A DNA stretch of 64,000 nt from Octopus vulgaris. Taxonomy: Eukaryota. The notes beneath the pieces were generated by a model, which saw only the letters and a list, made by a program, of their open reading frames with translations, did no database searches and was not told where the DNA came from. Shown here piece by piece: positions 1 through 14,152 of the stretch (the stretch's first letter is position 1; every line of letters begins with the position of its first letter). A program made the translations under genes and the position numbers. Location: assembly GCA_951406725.2 (NCBI GenBank), contig OX597834.1, forward strand, positions 16,182,001 to 16,246,000, read 5' to 3'.

Positions 1-225
1 GCGTAGATTTGACTGGGGACTGGCATGCCAGGAGGCCACCCCAGGCTCCAGTCTGATCCGGCAGTGTTTCTACAACTGGATGCCCTTCCTAACATCAACT
101 ACTCCAAGAGTGTCATGGGTACTTTTTACGTTCCACCAGCACAGGAGCCATTCAGGTGGCACTGGCATCGGCCATGTTCAGATGGTGCTTTTTACGTGCT
201 ACTGGAACAGGAGCCAGTCAGGGCG

Positions 226-330
226 TACTCTGAGTTTCACCTGTAATTGTGCACAGGATCTACAGGTAAATTATAACAGATTATGATGTAACTTACCTGA
301 AGATCCAGTGCACTTACAGGTGAAAGAGTA
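226..330. repeat. ~105-nt imperfect hairpin
   Basis: TTTCACCTGTAATTGTGCACAGGATCTACAGGTAAAT pairs with ACTTACCTGAAGATCCAGTGCACTTACAGGTGAAA. Confidence 0.85.
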
Positions 331-1100
331 GCAAGAGACTGACTTGATTGACCAAAATAATATATCATTAATCTCCACTGTAGTCTTGAGTCCTCATTTT
401 CTCAAAAGTTAACAGAAAAAGGGATACGTGTGTCTGTGTCTGTGTTCATTGTAGCACTGCTTAACAACTGGTGTTGGTTTGTTTCCATCCCTGTAACTTA
501 GCAATTTCACAAAAGAGACTGATAGAATATGTACCAAGCGTTGAAAAAAACAAATGAACTAAATTAACTACGGTTAATTTACCTAAATTCTTGAAGGTGA
601 TACCCCAGCATGGCCACAATGCAATGACTGGAACAAGTAAAAGATAAAATAACAATACAATCTGTTCTTGTAGGCTTATAGATTAAACCCAAGACAGCCT
701 TGACCCAAGGGATATCATATATGGAAATTTCTATAAACGGACTCAGTGTACCTTGGACTACATCATCCCAATGCATCATTTCATATCTTTAATTTATTTT
801 CATTTTACTTCTGCAGTGTATGATAAGGGGGAGATTTGGTTGCTATTTCTAACAAGCTCATTCTTTGGCTCCTTGCAGCGGCACTGCCTTGAAATGCTTT
901 GCCAAACAAACCGAACCCAGAGCTTACTTTTTTCTTTTCCTTTTTGAAAGCTGGTGCTTCAACTATCAGTAACACAAACACACACACATTTAGATACACA
1001 CAAACATATATATACACAACAAGCTTTTTTTCAGTTTCTGTCTTCCAAATCCACTCACAAGGCTTTGGCCATCTTTCAGCTATAGCATACCAGATATATA

Positions 1101-1137
<37 letters not shown>

Positions 1138-1173
1138 TATAGATATATATGTAGATATATATATATAAATATA

Positions 1174-1560
1174 TCTATTATATAAAATTCATTCTGTTTG
1201 TCTGTGTGTTTGTCTTCTAGGATCTCGGGCATCTTTCATCCGATTGCGCTCAAATTTTATATGTAGATACTGACGGTATCAGGGTGTGTATAAGTCTTGA
1301 AAAAATTACAAAAATCGATTCCAGGTGAGAATGCGATCAATAAAGCCATGGGAACGTGTATTTGTAAAATCGTTTTTCTTGGAATAGAAAAAAAGTCTAT
1401 CTTTATTTCTTCTTTTGCTGGTGTCTAAATTTAAGTTAAATCAGTGTTTCTCAAAAGGGAGGTCTATGGGACGGTCGGACAAGTTGTTTTGAGAAAATTT
1501 GGCTTAAATGTTTGACAACTCAGTACCATCCATTGGATGGGGGGGGGGGCGTTTTGGTCA
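1174..1560 (+). mobile_element. Non-autonomous Helitron-like element (second copy at 3779-4160)
   Basis: Starts A|TCTATTATATAAAA followed by CTGT repeats and is clearly homologous to 3779-4160. A possible CTAG end lies at 2289-2292, beyond the palindrome. Confidence 0.6.
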
Positions 1561-1569
1561 TATATATAT

Positions 1570-2182
1570 ATACAAAATAAGAAAATGAAGAAATACATCC
1601 AAATCAAATATCAACTACCAGATAGTACCCAATCACATACTTTATTAAACCACTACATAAGAAACTTCAAGGTCAAACATAATAATATAGAACAAAACAG
1701 TGTACATAAAGGAGTGTACATAAAGGAGTAATATGATACAATAAGTACAATATGTATAAGAGAATATATATATATAAATATAAACTACATCTTACAGCTG
1801 TTTCGGCCATGCAGATAAGTATGTCTCATTTTACTTATATTAGCCATGTGTAGTGGTCAATATGTAGTTATAAATGTGACTCATTTATAACTACATATTG
1901 ACCACTACACATGGCTAATATAAGTAAAATGAGACATACTTATCTGCATGGCTGAAACAGCTGTAAGATGTAGTTTATATTTATATTTATTTATATTTAT
2001 ATTCTCTTATACATATTGTACTTATTGTATCATATTACTCCTTTATGTACACTGTTTTGTTCTATATTATTATGTTTGACCTTAAAGTTTCTTATTTAGT
2101 GGTTTAATAAAGTATGTGATTGGGTACTATCTGGTAGTTGATATTTGATTTGGATGTATTTCTCCATTTTCTTATTTTGTAT
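1570..2182. repeat. ~610-bp near-perfect palindrome with a 5-nt loop
   Basis: Arms 1570-1876 and 1882-2182 are reverse complements apart from a few substitutions and small indels. Confidence 0.95.
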
Positions 2183-3778
2183 TATGAATTTGTGGTAAAA
2201 CATTTTACCTTTGCCCATATAATGCAGAAAATGAATTAATTGCATCGCAATTCTTAACATTTATGCATTAACTTTGTTGGGTACCCCACTAGCAGTATAT
2301 TGGATATATGTTATCCCATGGAGGGTAACATTTACAACCCTTATCTCAATTTGTATCATCATCATCATCATCATCATCGTTTAACGTCCGTTTTCCGCGC
2401 TAGCACGGGTTGGACGGTTCGACCGGGGTCTGGGAAGCCAGGGGCCGCTCTAGGCTCCAGTCTGATTCTGGCAGAGTTTCTACGGCTGGATGCCCTTCCT
2501 AACGCCAACCACTCCGTGAGTGGATTGGGTGCTTTTTACGTGCCACCTGCACAGGGGCCGGGGGGTCCGGCATCGGTCACGATCGGTTCGAGCTTTTAAC
2601 GTGCCAGGGACACGGGGGCAACGGGATGCGGGGTAGAGTTGAGTTGGGGGGGGGGTCCAGCTGAGAAAGGTTTCACCAGTGAAAAGAGAGGGAGAGATAG
2701 TAAAGGGGTGCAGGTAATATAGGGGAGCACCAGTGGGGAAGGTTGGGGGAGGAGGAACGATGGCAGGAAGGGTTGGTGAAGGTTCGTAAGAAATATAAAC
2801 GTAGGATGTGTATATATATATATGGGTAGGTGTGGGGAAGGTTGGGGGGGTAAGGAGGAAGATGGCAGGAAGGGTTGGTGCAGGTTCGTAAGAAATAAAA
2901 ACGTAGGATATTACGAGGCATGGAGGGGACTGGAAGGAGATAGTAGGATTGAGGCAGTGTCAGATTCAAAACAGGAGGAAGCGTAAGATCAGAGGGCGGT
3001 TGATGAGCTGAGACGCTAGCAGCTTGTCTTTTCTCAGTGAAAGCATATGAGGAGAAGGGGTAGGAAGGGGTGGTGGGGGAGGAGGAGGGAGTATCCGGTG
3101 TAGATGGTGAGAACAGTGTTCACCGGTATTGGTGGTATTGGCGGTGGGGGGGGGTGGGGGTGGTATTGGTGGTGGGGGTGGTATTGGTGGTGGGGGTGGG
3201 AGGGCGGGCGCACCGCGCAATGGGAGAAGATGAGATTTTTAGGCGGCAGAAAGAAAGACAGGATTTGAGATGGAATGCTTTGCGATCGTGTGCATAAGTT
3301 TCTATGAGTGGAAGTTGGGAAAAGATGGGTTAGAGAATTAAGCGACAGAAAGAAAGACCAAATTTGAGACGAGATGTTTTTGCGAAGTTTTTGTGAATGA
3401 AAGTTTATATGCTTCAGCTAGCATTTGAGACGAAAGACAACGATAACGCCAATATATGGGGAAACAATAATAATAAGAAGGCTTGATGGTGATGATGATA
3501 CTTGCAAAAACAATGAAAAGAAGGAACAGGACTTAGCTGATATTTTTCATCCTGCGTATTGGCTAAGCCTGTGGAAGCGAGTGAAGGCGAGATATATATA
3601 CAGAGAGAGAGAGAGACAGTGATAACAGAGGGAGATATTTATATATAGGTAGGAGGCTTCGAAAGATGTCTCAGGGAAATATATTCCAACTGTGGATGAC
3701 ACCACGTACCCCAAACTGTGAATGTGCTTTACTCAACACACTAATTGGCATATACCCATTAGTTCAAGAAATTACATA

Positions 3779-4160
3779 TCTATTATATAAAATCCGTTCT
3801 GTCTGTCTGTCTGTGTCTTCTAGTATCTTGGGCATCCTCCATCCAATTGAGCTCAAATTTGATATGTAGATACCGATGGTATCAGGGCATGTATAAATCT
3901 TCGAAAAATTACAAAAATCGATTCCAGGTGAGAATGCGATCGCTAAAGCCATGGAAACGTGCATTTGTATGCGCAAGTACATCAGCTGTTGTGATCAATA
4001 CTATGCGTACGCGAGAAAAATGCACGGTGATTTAGGTTAAAGCAGCATTTCTCGAAGGGGGTGGGGGGGGGCTATGGAACGGCCGGACAAGTTGTTTTGA
4101 GGAAATTTGGTTTAAATGTTTGACAAGTCAGCACCGTCCATTGGATGGGTGTCATTCTGC
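3779..4160 (+). mobile_element. Non-autonomous Helitron-like element
   Basis: TCTATTATATAAAATCCGTTCTGTCTGTCTGTC start; homologous to 1174-1560. Confidence 0.6.
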
Positions 4161-5612
4161 TCGTACATACATGTGTGTGTGTGTGTCTCTGTCCAGCATA
4201 TGCAATTGAAGCAGTATTTAATTAAAATACTGCAGAATAATTACTGTTCATGGACCAGTTACTGCAGAATTTGTCCTGAGATAAATCCCTTATGGACTTG
4301 CTGTGTTAAAAAACGCAATAAATATCAGGGAGGCAAAAACTTGTCCCATCAACAGTGGCCAGCAAGGGCAGCGGATGCATTCTGACCTTTTCTGGTCATC
4401 CCAATGGCACTTACTCACATACATGTCTCTTAATATTTATTGTGGTTTTTTTTTACATGGCAACTTCATAAAAGATGTTATTTCAGGACAAAAACTGCAG
4501 TAATTTTGCCTTATCAATAGTGCGTAAACATTCAGTTACAATACATAGATAGCTATATCTATCCATCGCTCTATCTATCTGTCTTTCTATCTATCTATCT
4601 CAGCTTTCCTATCACTGTTTATATAATGTGGATATAAAACTAGACACACACACACAAAATAAAAAAAGAAGAAAAGCCAGAATGGGCACAGACAGGGCAA
4701 ATGTTGATATTTAGCAAGGAATTCAAGAATTTATATTATCAGATTCTGTTTTTATAAGTAAGTGAAGTAATTAGATCAAGGCTCCAAGACTATGATTTTC
4801 TGTCCAATATTTTAGTCAATAATATGGCCATAATATACATCTATATGTATAATTGGGGAGGGATGGGGAAGGGGGCTGTCTTTTATTATTTTCACTTTTT
4901 TTCTTTTTTATGTGTTTTGTACTTTCAGTCAGCTAGCATTTCGGCAAGAGACAAAGCCTGTCCATTAAGGGGGGTTGGCTCAATATGGGCAGGGAGGTGT
5001 GTGTTGGGTCTGGTGTTTGTATGGAAATCTATGCTTAATGTTTATCTCTCTAGCTTATATAGAAGCTCATCTCCTCGCCTCTCTCTCTCTCTCCCCACAT
5101 ATACATACACACATATATATATATATATACATGAGTGTATGTATGTATGTATAAATATATATACGTGCGTATTATAAACATGTGTATTATTTTTATATAC
5201 AAACATATATATACATATATATATACATATACATACATATATACAAACATATATATACATATACATATACATACATATATACAAACATATATATACATAT
5301 ACATATATATATATATATATATATACATACATACATACATACATACCTATGTAACTGTGCAATTTCTCTCAGTTGTTCTGTATCTATATATTTGTGATTG
5401 CAAGTAGGTCTACCAAAACACATATATTTGCCTATCTACACATATGCAAAACTTTCTATATACCATTTTCCCATCTACCTATCTCTCTCTCTCTCTCTTT
5501 ATAATATATATATACAAATATATATACACACACACGCACACATATACATGCTCACACACATACATACATACATAAACCCATAAATATGCACAGCTGCATA
5601 TATACATACCTA

Positions 5613-5694
<82 letters not shown>

Positions 5695-6656
5695 TTTATA
5701 CATACATAAAGCCATAAAGATGCACAATTACATATATACATACCTATCTACCTCTCTATATATAGATACATATATATAAGCCCATAAATATGCACAACTA
5801 TATATATACATATATACATACATACCTACCTCTGTCTATATGAACACACACACACATTCACACATACAAACATTCACACATATACAAATATACATACATA
5901 CCAAAAGAGGCAAACACAAACACATACATACACACCATGCTCATTTAGCAGTATCCAATAGGTGCCAGACCAGGGTATGTACGTGATACAGAGGCTGGTC
6001 ATGGTGGTGGTGGTGGTGGTGGTGATGCTGGTGTCGGTGGTGGAGGCTATGGTGGTGTGGTTGATGGTGTTGCCGGTGATGTTGGTGTTTCACTGGTGGC
6101 GTTGGTGGTGGTGGGTGCTTTGGGCAACAGAAGTTATAGATTTTCAACAGTGAACAGTTCTGACGCCGGCCTTTTGCGATTCGTAGATCGATAGGCCATT
6201 ATATTATCGTTTACATTCTCAGAGACACTCACTTGTATAAACATCGCATTTTAGTTTATTTTGCTCTTGTTTTGTTTTGTTTAGTCTTTTTTTTTTTTGT
6301 CGTTACTGTTGTTGTTGTTTTTAAAACCTATATTAACTGCTTTAATGAAATTTAGAATCTTAACATTTGGCTACAAGGAGAGAAAGAGGGGGAGAGAGAG
6401 CGAGTGAGAAAGGAGAGCGAACCATCTTCCAGTAGAATATCTCCTAACACCATCTCTCCACATCACCAATGCTGTCACTCCCCACTCCATCTCAGACCCC
6501 ACCCCCACCTCCCAGCAATCATCTTTTCGCTGCAATGTCTACATTAAATATAAAATAAATGAGGAAATAAAATAATTAAAAATTTAAGCAAAATAGGGAA
6601 AAAATCAACTAAATAAAACCCGACCACTGTTACTAGATCAGCAATGAGAACAACGG

Positions 6657-6873
6657 GCTAACAAGGTCACTTAACTCACTGGATAGACAGAGTAGTCAAA
6701 TCTCCCTCAAATCATACAGCAATGGTGAAAATAAGCTAACGAGGTCACTTAACTCACTGGGTAGACAGAGTAGTCAAATCTCCCTCAAATCATACAGCAA
6801 TGATGAAAATAAGCTAACGAGGTCACTTAACTCACTGGATAGACAGAGTAGTCAAATCTCCCTCAAATCATAC
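6657..6873. repeat. 78-bp tandem repeat, about 3 copies
   Basis: Units start at 6657, 6735 and 6813. Confidence 0.95.
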
Positions 6874-7689
6874 ATTAATGGGGCTTGGAGAAGGACTTGT
6901 GAGATAATGTAACCCTTTCCTTGTATATGAGGGAAAAAGACAGGATGGCTATGACTGGGATGTCATTAATCATAGGTCTGATCGAGTCAGGCCTGACCTG
7001 GGGTTAAACAGCAACAACAGTGAACCAACAAAGAAGATCATGTGGTTGTCTGAAATAGCATTGAAATCTCCCAGAAAAAATACCATTATCATAAGGAAAA
7101 GAACATGCTGAATAATGTAGTTCTTGATAGACAAAATGACAGGATGGTCGTGGATAGATTGCTTTTGATCAAAGAGCACCTTGATTGGAACTAATCTGGA
7201 GTTAAACAATAAGTGAATGCAAGAGTCACTATGTGGTCATTCAGGCAGCAAAAAACAACAGCCAAATCTCCTTAAACTAACACCCCAACATCTTAAAAAA
7301 AAGAAAAAACTGAAGGTAATGCAATCCTCAGAAAGACAGGATGGTCACAAATGGATTGCTTTTGATTAACATCAATATCGGTTTTTTTTTTATTAATTTC
7401 TATCTGGCCCATTGGACCAAATGCTTAGCAGCATTTTTTCCAAAGCATTACATTCTGAGTTCAAATCCCACCAAGGTCCACTTTGCCTTTCATCTTTCAG
7501 GGGTTCACAAAACAAAGTAGCAGCGAAGCACAGGGGCCAATGTAACTGGGTTACCCTCTTGCCCTAAAACTGCAGGCCCTGTGCCAAAATTAGAAAGAAC
7601 TGACACAACCAACCTCATTTTATGCTCATTTCCCCCACCTACCTCCAATGTTCGCATGGGTCGGACAGGTTTACTACACCACAACCCCT

Positions 7690-7895
7690 TACCATTAATT
7701 GCTGTCCCCTGCAGTCTCCTTTGTGAGGATCAGCCTCCTGAGATAAGCGTCCACTAATTTGTCCAATGTTTTCACTCGATCCCTTTCTTACAGAGTTTCC
7801 TTCTGTTAAATCTCTTTGGTACTTTCTTTACCCAACTGCCATCATCCATATGTACCACATGCTCATGTTGTTGTACCAACAGACTCCTCGTAGGC
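7690..7895 (-). mobile_element. RTE-clade LINE 3' fragment
   Basis: HVVHMDDGSWVKKV...KTLDKLVDAYLRRLILTKETAGDSN*W resembles the RTE C-terminal GHV.RM...KTW...DR..W pattern. Confidence 0.65.
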
Positions 7896-7904
7896 AGACC
7901 ATAG

Positions 7905-8245
7905 CCCAGTAGTAGTAGTAGTAGTAGTAACAGTGGCAGCAGTAGTTGTAGTTGTAGCAGCAGTAGTAGTAGCAAGTGGTGGTGGTGGTGGTGGTGATGG
8001 TGCTGGTAGTAGTAGTGGTGGTGGTGGTTGTAGTGGTGGTGGTGGTGGTGGTGGTGGTAGTAGTAACAGCGGCAGTTGTACTTGTAGCAGCAGTAGTAGT
8101 AGCAGTGGTGGTGGTGATGGAGGTGGTAGTAGTAGTGGTGGTGGTTGTAGTGGTAGTAGTAGTGGTGGTGGTGGTAGTAACAGCAGCAGCAATAGTTGTA
8201 GTCGTAGCAGCAGCAGTGGTGGTGGTGGTGGTGGTGGTGGTAGTT

Positions 8246-8280
<35 letters not shown>
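7905..8280. repeat. Compound trinucleotide microsatellite (AGT/GGT/AGC)
   Basis: Direct inspection. Similar tracts at 42590-43000 and 62947-63085. Confidence 0.95.
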
Positions 8281-8934
8281 CTAACAGCATTCGAGAATAA
8301 AACAAGTAACCATGCTCACCACTCCAACCATCACAACAGAATTCTTTACAGTACAGTTTCCTTCCATTGCAATAATCCATTCTGATTCTTTTTATTAAAT
8401 CAAAAACAAACAATCTGAGGGGGGGGGATATAAAGGTCAAGACATGGGGAAGAAGTGGGGATTTTTTTAAAAATTATAATTTGATATTTTTTTCTCAAAT
8501 GTTATATTACCATGGGTCGGAACATCCCATAATTCATTGCAATACAATCGATAAAATAATAAACAAACCAAAAAAAAAAATGCCACAGTCACATGTTGCT
8601 ATTGTCGTTGTTTAACCCAAGGTCAGCCTTGGGCACAGAGACATGATCAAAGACATGCCAAACAATGACAATTTCTTCTTGGATCTAGGACTGAATTACC
8701 TGTGGTGTCTTTTCTTTTTCTTTGTAAGATGGCAGAATGAGATTCTCAGAAAGAAGTTTGGTTGCTGTTTCTAGCAAATTGAGCAGCTATGTAGTGGCCT
8801 CCTCACCAGGTCATTGTTCTTGTACAAGGTGTCCTTTAAGTCTCAACACTTAGAAAATCTCATTAACTATATATATATTTTTTTTTTTTACCTATACATG
8901 ATATATATATATATTTTATTATTATATTTTATCT

Positions 8935-9095
8935 GGAGTAGCTGTGTGGTAAGTAGCTTGCTTACCAGCCACATGGTTCCGAGTTCAGTCCCACTGCATG
9001 GAACCTTGGCCAAGTGTCTTCCACTATAGCCTTGGGCTGGCCAAAGCCTTATGAGTGGATTTGGTAGATGGACACTGAAAGAAACCCATCGTATG

Positions 9096-9164
<69 letters not shown>

Positions 9165-9450
9165 CATGTATATATATACATATATGTATAAGTTTGTGTG
9201 TCTGTGTTTGTCCCCTCACATCACTTGACAACTGGTGTCAGTGTGTTTACGTCCCTGCAACTTAGCAGTTCAGCAAAAAAGAAACTGATAGAGTAAGTAC
9301 TAGGCTTACAAGGAATAAAGGTCAAGATATGGGAAGGAAGCAAGGCTATTTTTTTTAAATATAATTTAATATTTTTTTCTCAACTAAAGGCAGTGCTCCA
9401 GCATGGCTACAGTCAAATGACTGAAGCAGATAAAAGAATAAAAGAATATA
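8935..9450 (+). mobile_element. SINE family A copy
   Basis: Homologous to 13246-13650; contains a foreign ~68-bp patch at 9315-9383. Confidence 0.8.
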
Positions 9451-9651
9451 TTTTTTACTCAATGAATATCACAGACACAACACACTTGATGGAATGCATA
9501 AAGAGCGAATGTGCTCAAACTTATGGCTATGTGGGGTTATTGCATCGGCTTCCCATAAGTCTTACAAAAGCACATCAGCCTCTGCATCACAAATGGTGGA
9601 AATCATATTGAAGACGTTATTTGTTAGTATTCCAACTGAATAAAATGTCAT

Positions 9652-9933
9652 TCACATTATTTACATTCGACAGATATTTATCTTCATCTTATTTGTTGTT
9701 AACACCCTCCAGCCTTCTTCAGGTGTCTTGGGGAAATTTCGAACCTGGGTTCTCATTCCTAAGGTATTTTTCAATATCATTATTATCATTATTATTATTA
9801 TTGTTGTTGTTGTTGTTGTTGTTCAGGTCACTGCTTGGAATCGAACTCAGAATCTTGTGGTTAATAGCCTGCACTCTTAACCACAATGCCATATGCCCGT
9901 GGGCATATGGCGTAGTGGGCATATGGTGTAGTG
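9652..9933 (-). mobile_element. Copy of tRNA/hammerhead element (ribozyme partly deleted; 5' end folded back)
   Basis: Same head, spacer and tail as 45523-45822. CTGAAGAAGGCTGGAGGG is retained but the GAAAC half is deleted. The head ends in the inverted repeat gccatatgccc-gt-gggcatatggc. Confidence 0.75.
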
Positions 9934-10027
9934 AATAAAATGTTGTTGAAAATTTCACACTTATTTCTTGAAAATATACATTTTGCCTTAGAGTCCAAAC
10001 TTTAGAGACACCCTGCAGTTGCTTGTT

Positions 10028-10270
10028 TCGACAGCAAATGAGAGTCAATACCATCGTAAGAACCATCAAGGAGAACAGAATGAATACAGATGGGCTGGTC
10101 ACATAACGTGACTGAAGGACAACAGATGGAGAAGATCAAAGAGGCTGACCAAAGACAAGATGGTGAGATGAGCTCACCCATGGCCTGGGGCCATGACTGG
10201 CCAGAGACAGACAGTGGTGGAAGGAGTCTAGGGAAGGGTTCCTACTTCAGGAGTGATGAAGCCCTGAACA
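10028..10270 (+). mobile_element. RTE/BovB-like LINE 3' fragment
   Basis: RQQMRVNTIVRTIKE..RWAGHIT*LKDNRW...ARDRQWWKESREGFLLQ across frameshifts. Confidence 0.7.
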
Positions 10271-11409
10271 TTGGAATGGTTTATATGTGAAATCTTTCAA
10301 AGATCACGTTCGTACATATACTCACAGATGCACAGATACATACATATACCCCTCACATATATGTAGTTATAAATACACACACACACACACACACATGTGT
10401 ACATGCATACTTATACACATGCAGTTACAGACACACACATATATACAGATGTAGATGCATACTTTTATATATTGTTTACACACAAGTAATCAAAAACACA
10501 CACATAGTCAGACACAAACACACACATAGATATTCAGAGGCATATTACACGTTATCATACGCATGCAAAGTCACACACACAAATATACAGATACGCATTC
10601 CTCACACACACACACACACACATACACACACACACATGCAGAGTCACAGAAAAACACCCATATACTCATACGCACACATACAAATGTACTTATACACATA
10701 CAGATGTACTAATACCTGATACACATTCGCACGCACACTGTTGCACACATGCATGCATGTGCACACAGTGACACAGTGCACATCAAACAGACACATCTCA
10801 GAGGCATCAAAGATACACATCTCCTAGACACACACACACACACACACATATTAAACACACAAGCACTGCAGATAAACATCCATCTTTATATAACTCTGTC
10901 TCTATCTCTCTCACACACACGCACACACACACACCGAAGAGATGTAAGCCACGTAAACAAAAACAACAAAAACAAACAAACAAAAGCCTAACGGAATAGA
11001 TTAAACCTGACATGTAATTACTAAGAAAACAACTTCAACAAAGCAAAAATCAACACAAATAACAAACAATGACATTTAACGAATTAAAATTTCCTCAAGA
11101 TTAAATGCCTTCTCTAAATAAATAAATAAATAAATAAATAAACCATCGTTATTGTTGTTGTTGTTGTTATTATTGTTGCTGTTGTTGTTGTTGTTAATGT
11201 AACGAGCTGGCTGAATCATTAGCAGACCAGGCAAAATGCTTAGCAGCATCTCATTCACATTTACGTTCTGAGTTCAAATTCCCCCAACGTCGACTTAACC
11301 TTTCATCTTTTTGGAGTCAATAAAATTAATACCAGCCATGTACTGGGGTCAATGAAATCGTCTATACCCCTCCCCCAAAACTTCAGGTCTTGTGCCCATA
11401 GTAGAAAGG

Positions 11410-11456
<47 letters not shown>

Positions 11457-13245
11457 GTCTACCAAATCCACTCACAAGGTCAGCCGAAAGCTACAGTAAA
11501 AGACAACTCGCCCAAGGTTCCAGAATCATATGGTTGAGAAGCAAACTTCTTACTCCACAGCTATGCCTGTGCTTAGATATACAGAGAGAGGGAGGGAGAG
11601 AGGTAGATAGAGAGAGGATGAACAACAACTGGGAGAATTACATAGCAAATGATGAGAGGAGAGGAGAGACAGAGCAAAGGTCGAGCGGGGTGCTGTGCAT
11701 TCATTTATGAGCTTACATTGAAAATGGTCAGCAGCAATTAGCTGTCAGCTGGACAGTGTAATCATCACTGTGCGAAATATTTTAGCAGATGACCGCATCA
11801 AATTATAATTTGGCTCAGGCAACTGTGAGAAGGCAACTGAAGAACACGGACAGAACAAACACAAATACGGGAAGGAGATAAGGAAGGGGGGGGGCGGTGA
11901 GATACGAAAGATGTATTTGAGATATCATCATCATCATCATCATCGTTTAGCGTCCGCTTTCCATGCTGGCATGGGTTGGACGGTTCAACTGGGGTCTGGG
12001 AAGCCAGAAGGCTGCACCAGGCCCAGTCTGATCTGGCATTGTTTCTACAACTGGATGCCCTTCCTAACGCCAACCACTCCGTGAGTGTAGTGGGTGCTTT
12101 TTACGTGCCACCGGCACAGGTGCCAGACGGGGCTGGCAAACGGCCACGATCAGATGATGCTTTTTACGTGCCACCGGCACAGGTGCCAGATGGGGCTGGC
12201 AAATGGCCACGGTCGGATGGTGCTTTTTACGTGCCACTGGCACGAGTGCCACCGGTAATTGTGAAATTAGAGAATAACAGATGGCAGGTGCTGGAGGTAA
12301 GGAAGTTCCATGTAATAGTCATCAGCACCGGAATAATGGGAGAGGGAAATACTTAAGAAAGGCTAAGATGTGTTGTGGGTGTGTACATACGCATGCATGC
12401 GCGCATGCTTATAGAGAAAAACAGAACAACAAAAAAGATTAAAACAGAACTACTGAACAAAATGAAATTGTGAAACAATGTTACACACACACACACATAC
12501 ACATAAATACACTCACACATTCTTTTAATTGTTTCAGTCATTTGACTGCGGCCATGCTGGAGCACCACCTTTAATGTCCGTTGTCCATGTTGGCATGGAT
12601 TGGATAGTTTGACCAGGGCTGGGAAGCTGGAAGGCTGCATCAAGATCCAGTCTGATTTGGCATGGTTGTCTACAGCTGGATGCCCTTCCTAATGCCCACC
12701 ACTCCAAGAGTGTAACGGGTGTTTGTACATGCCACCAGCACAGGTGCCATTTGTGTGACACCGGGGTGTTTTTAATGTGCCACCAGCACAGGTGCCATTT
12801 GCATGACTCTGGTATCTGCCATGACTGCGACCTTTGTTTGGTTTGATGGGTCTTCTTCTCAAGCACAACAATGCCAAAGGTCTAAGTCAAATCGACATTA
12901 CCTGTGCAGGTGCACAATGCACCACATGTCAGATGATGAAGTGACCCCAGAGCAAAATGGGAAGAAGAGTTTTTGCTCAAGGACACAACATGTCACCCAA
13001 TCCAGGAATTGAAACCAAAATCTCACAACTGTGAGTGCAACATCTGAACCACTTGGTCATGTGCCCTCACTGAAACAAAATGGTAAGGACAAGAAAGCAA
13101 CAAATAGAAATACAAATACAACAACAAATAGAGAAGAGGGTGGAAAAACAAAGGAGGTGGGGTACAGTTTGAACTTAATCCAACTCCAACATGAAAATCT
13201 GGAATCTACTGAGTAATTCCATAGAAACCTAGAAAAGTACTGTAG

Positions 13246-13650
13246 TCTCTTTATTCTTTTACTCTTTTACTTGTTTCAGTCATTTGACTGCGGCCATGCT
13301 GGAGCACTGCCTTTAGTTGAGCAAATCGACCCCGGGACTTATTCTTTGTAAGCCCAGTACTTATTCTATCGGTCTCTTTTGCCGAACCGCTAAGTGACGG
13401 GGACGTAAACACACCAGCATCGGTTGTCAAGCAATGCTAGGGGGACAAAAACACACACATACACACACATATATATATACATATATACGACAGGCTTCTT
13501 TCAGTTTCCGTCTACCAAATCCACTCACAAGGCATTGGTCGGCCCGGGGCTATAGCAGAAGACACTTGCCCAAGATGCCACGCAGTGGGACTGAACCCGG
13601 AACCATGTGGTTGGTTAGCAAGCTACTTACCACACAGCCACTCCTGCGCC
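13246..13650 (-). mobile_element. SINE family A (tRNA-derived, CORE-like; resembles octopus OR-type SINEs), full length
   Basis: GGCGCAGGAGTGGCTGTGTGGTAAG head, GGTTCAGTCCC B-box, CTTGGGCAAGT core-like segment, internal TA/GT microsatellite and an (AAAAGAGT)n tail. Confidence 0.85.
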
Positions 13651-14114
13651 TGTATGCTTTTTTGGGGGTTTTTTTTAAGAAAACAAAATGGTAAATAAAC
13701 TTAGTGGTAATAACAAGGAAACCTTGTTAAAATTTTACAAAAACAATTGAATAGGTCTTTTCTGTGGTAGTCTTAGAGTTTCACACTTTCCCTGTCTGAG
13801 AACGACAGCAGGTCGGTCGTTAATTCAACCTGTTTCCAAGCATATATCCGCCTAAATTCTTTGGCGCCAATCCAGTCAATAACCATTTAAGAATATCCCA
13901 TTACTGCAACAACAACAACAGCAGCAGAAGCAGAAATTATTCACTAAGCAGATCAACCTGTCAATGCTCGGTGCACATCCACTCGCAACCCATTGTCGAA
14001 ATCTGCGCTCTTATAATGACGAAGGCGCAATTTGTGCAACAATGAACATCATTAGGGAAATTGCAAACAAAGCGCCTGACAGCGAAACTACTGGTTTAAG
14101 TAGGGACACACACA

Positions 14115-14152
<38 letters not shown>

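Noticed and set aside
7772-8440. His/Tyr-, Pro/Leu- and Gly/Ser-rich ORFs
   Set aside because: Trinucleotide microsatellite open in several frames; the tail belongs to an RTE fragment.
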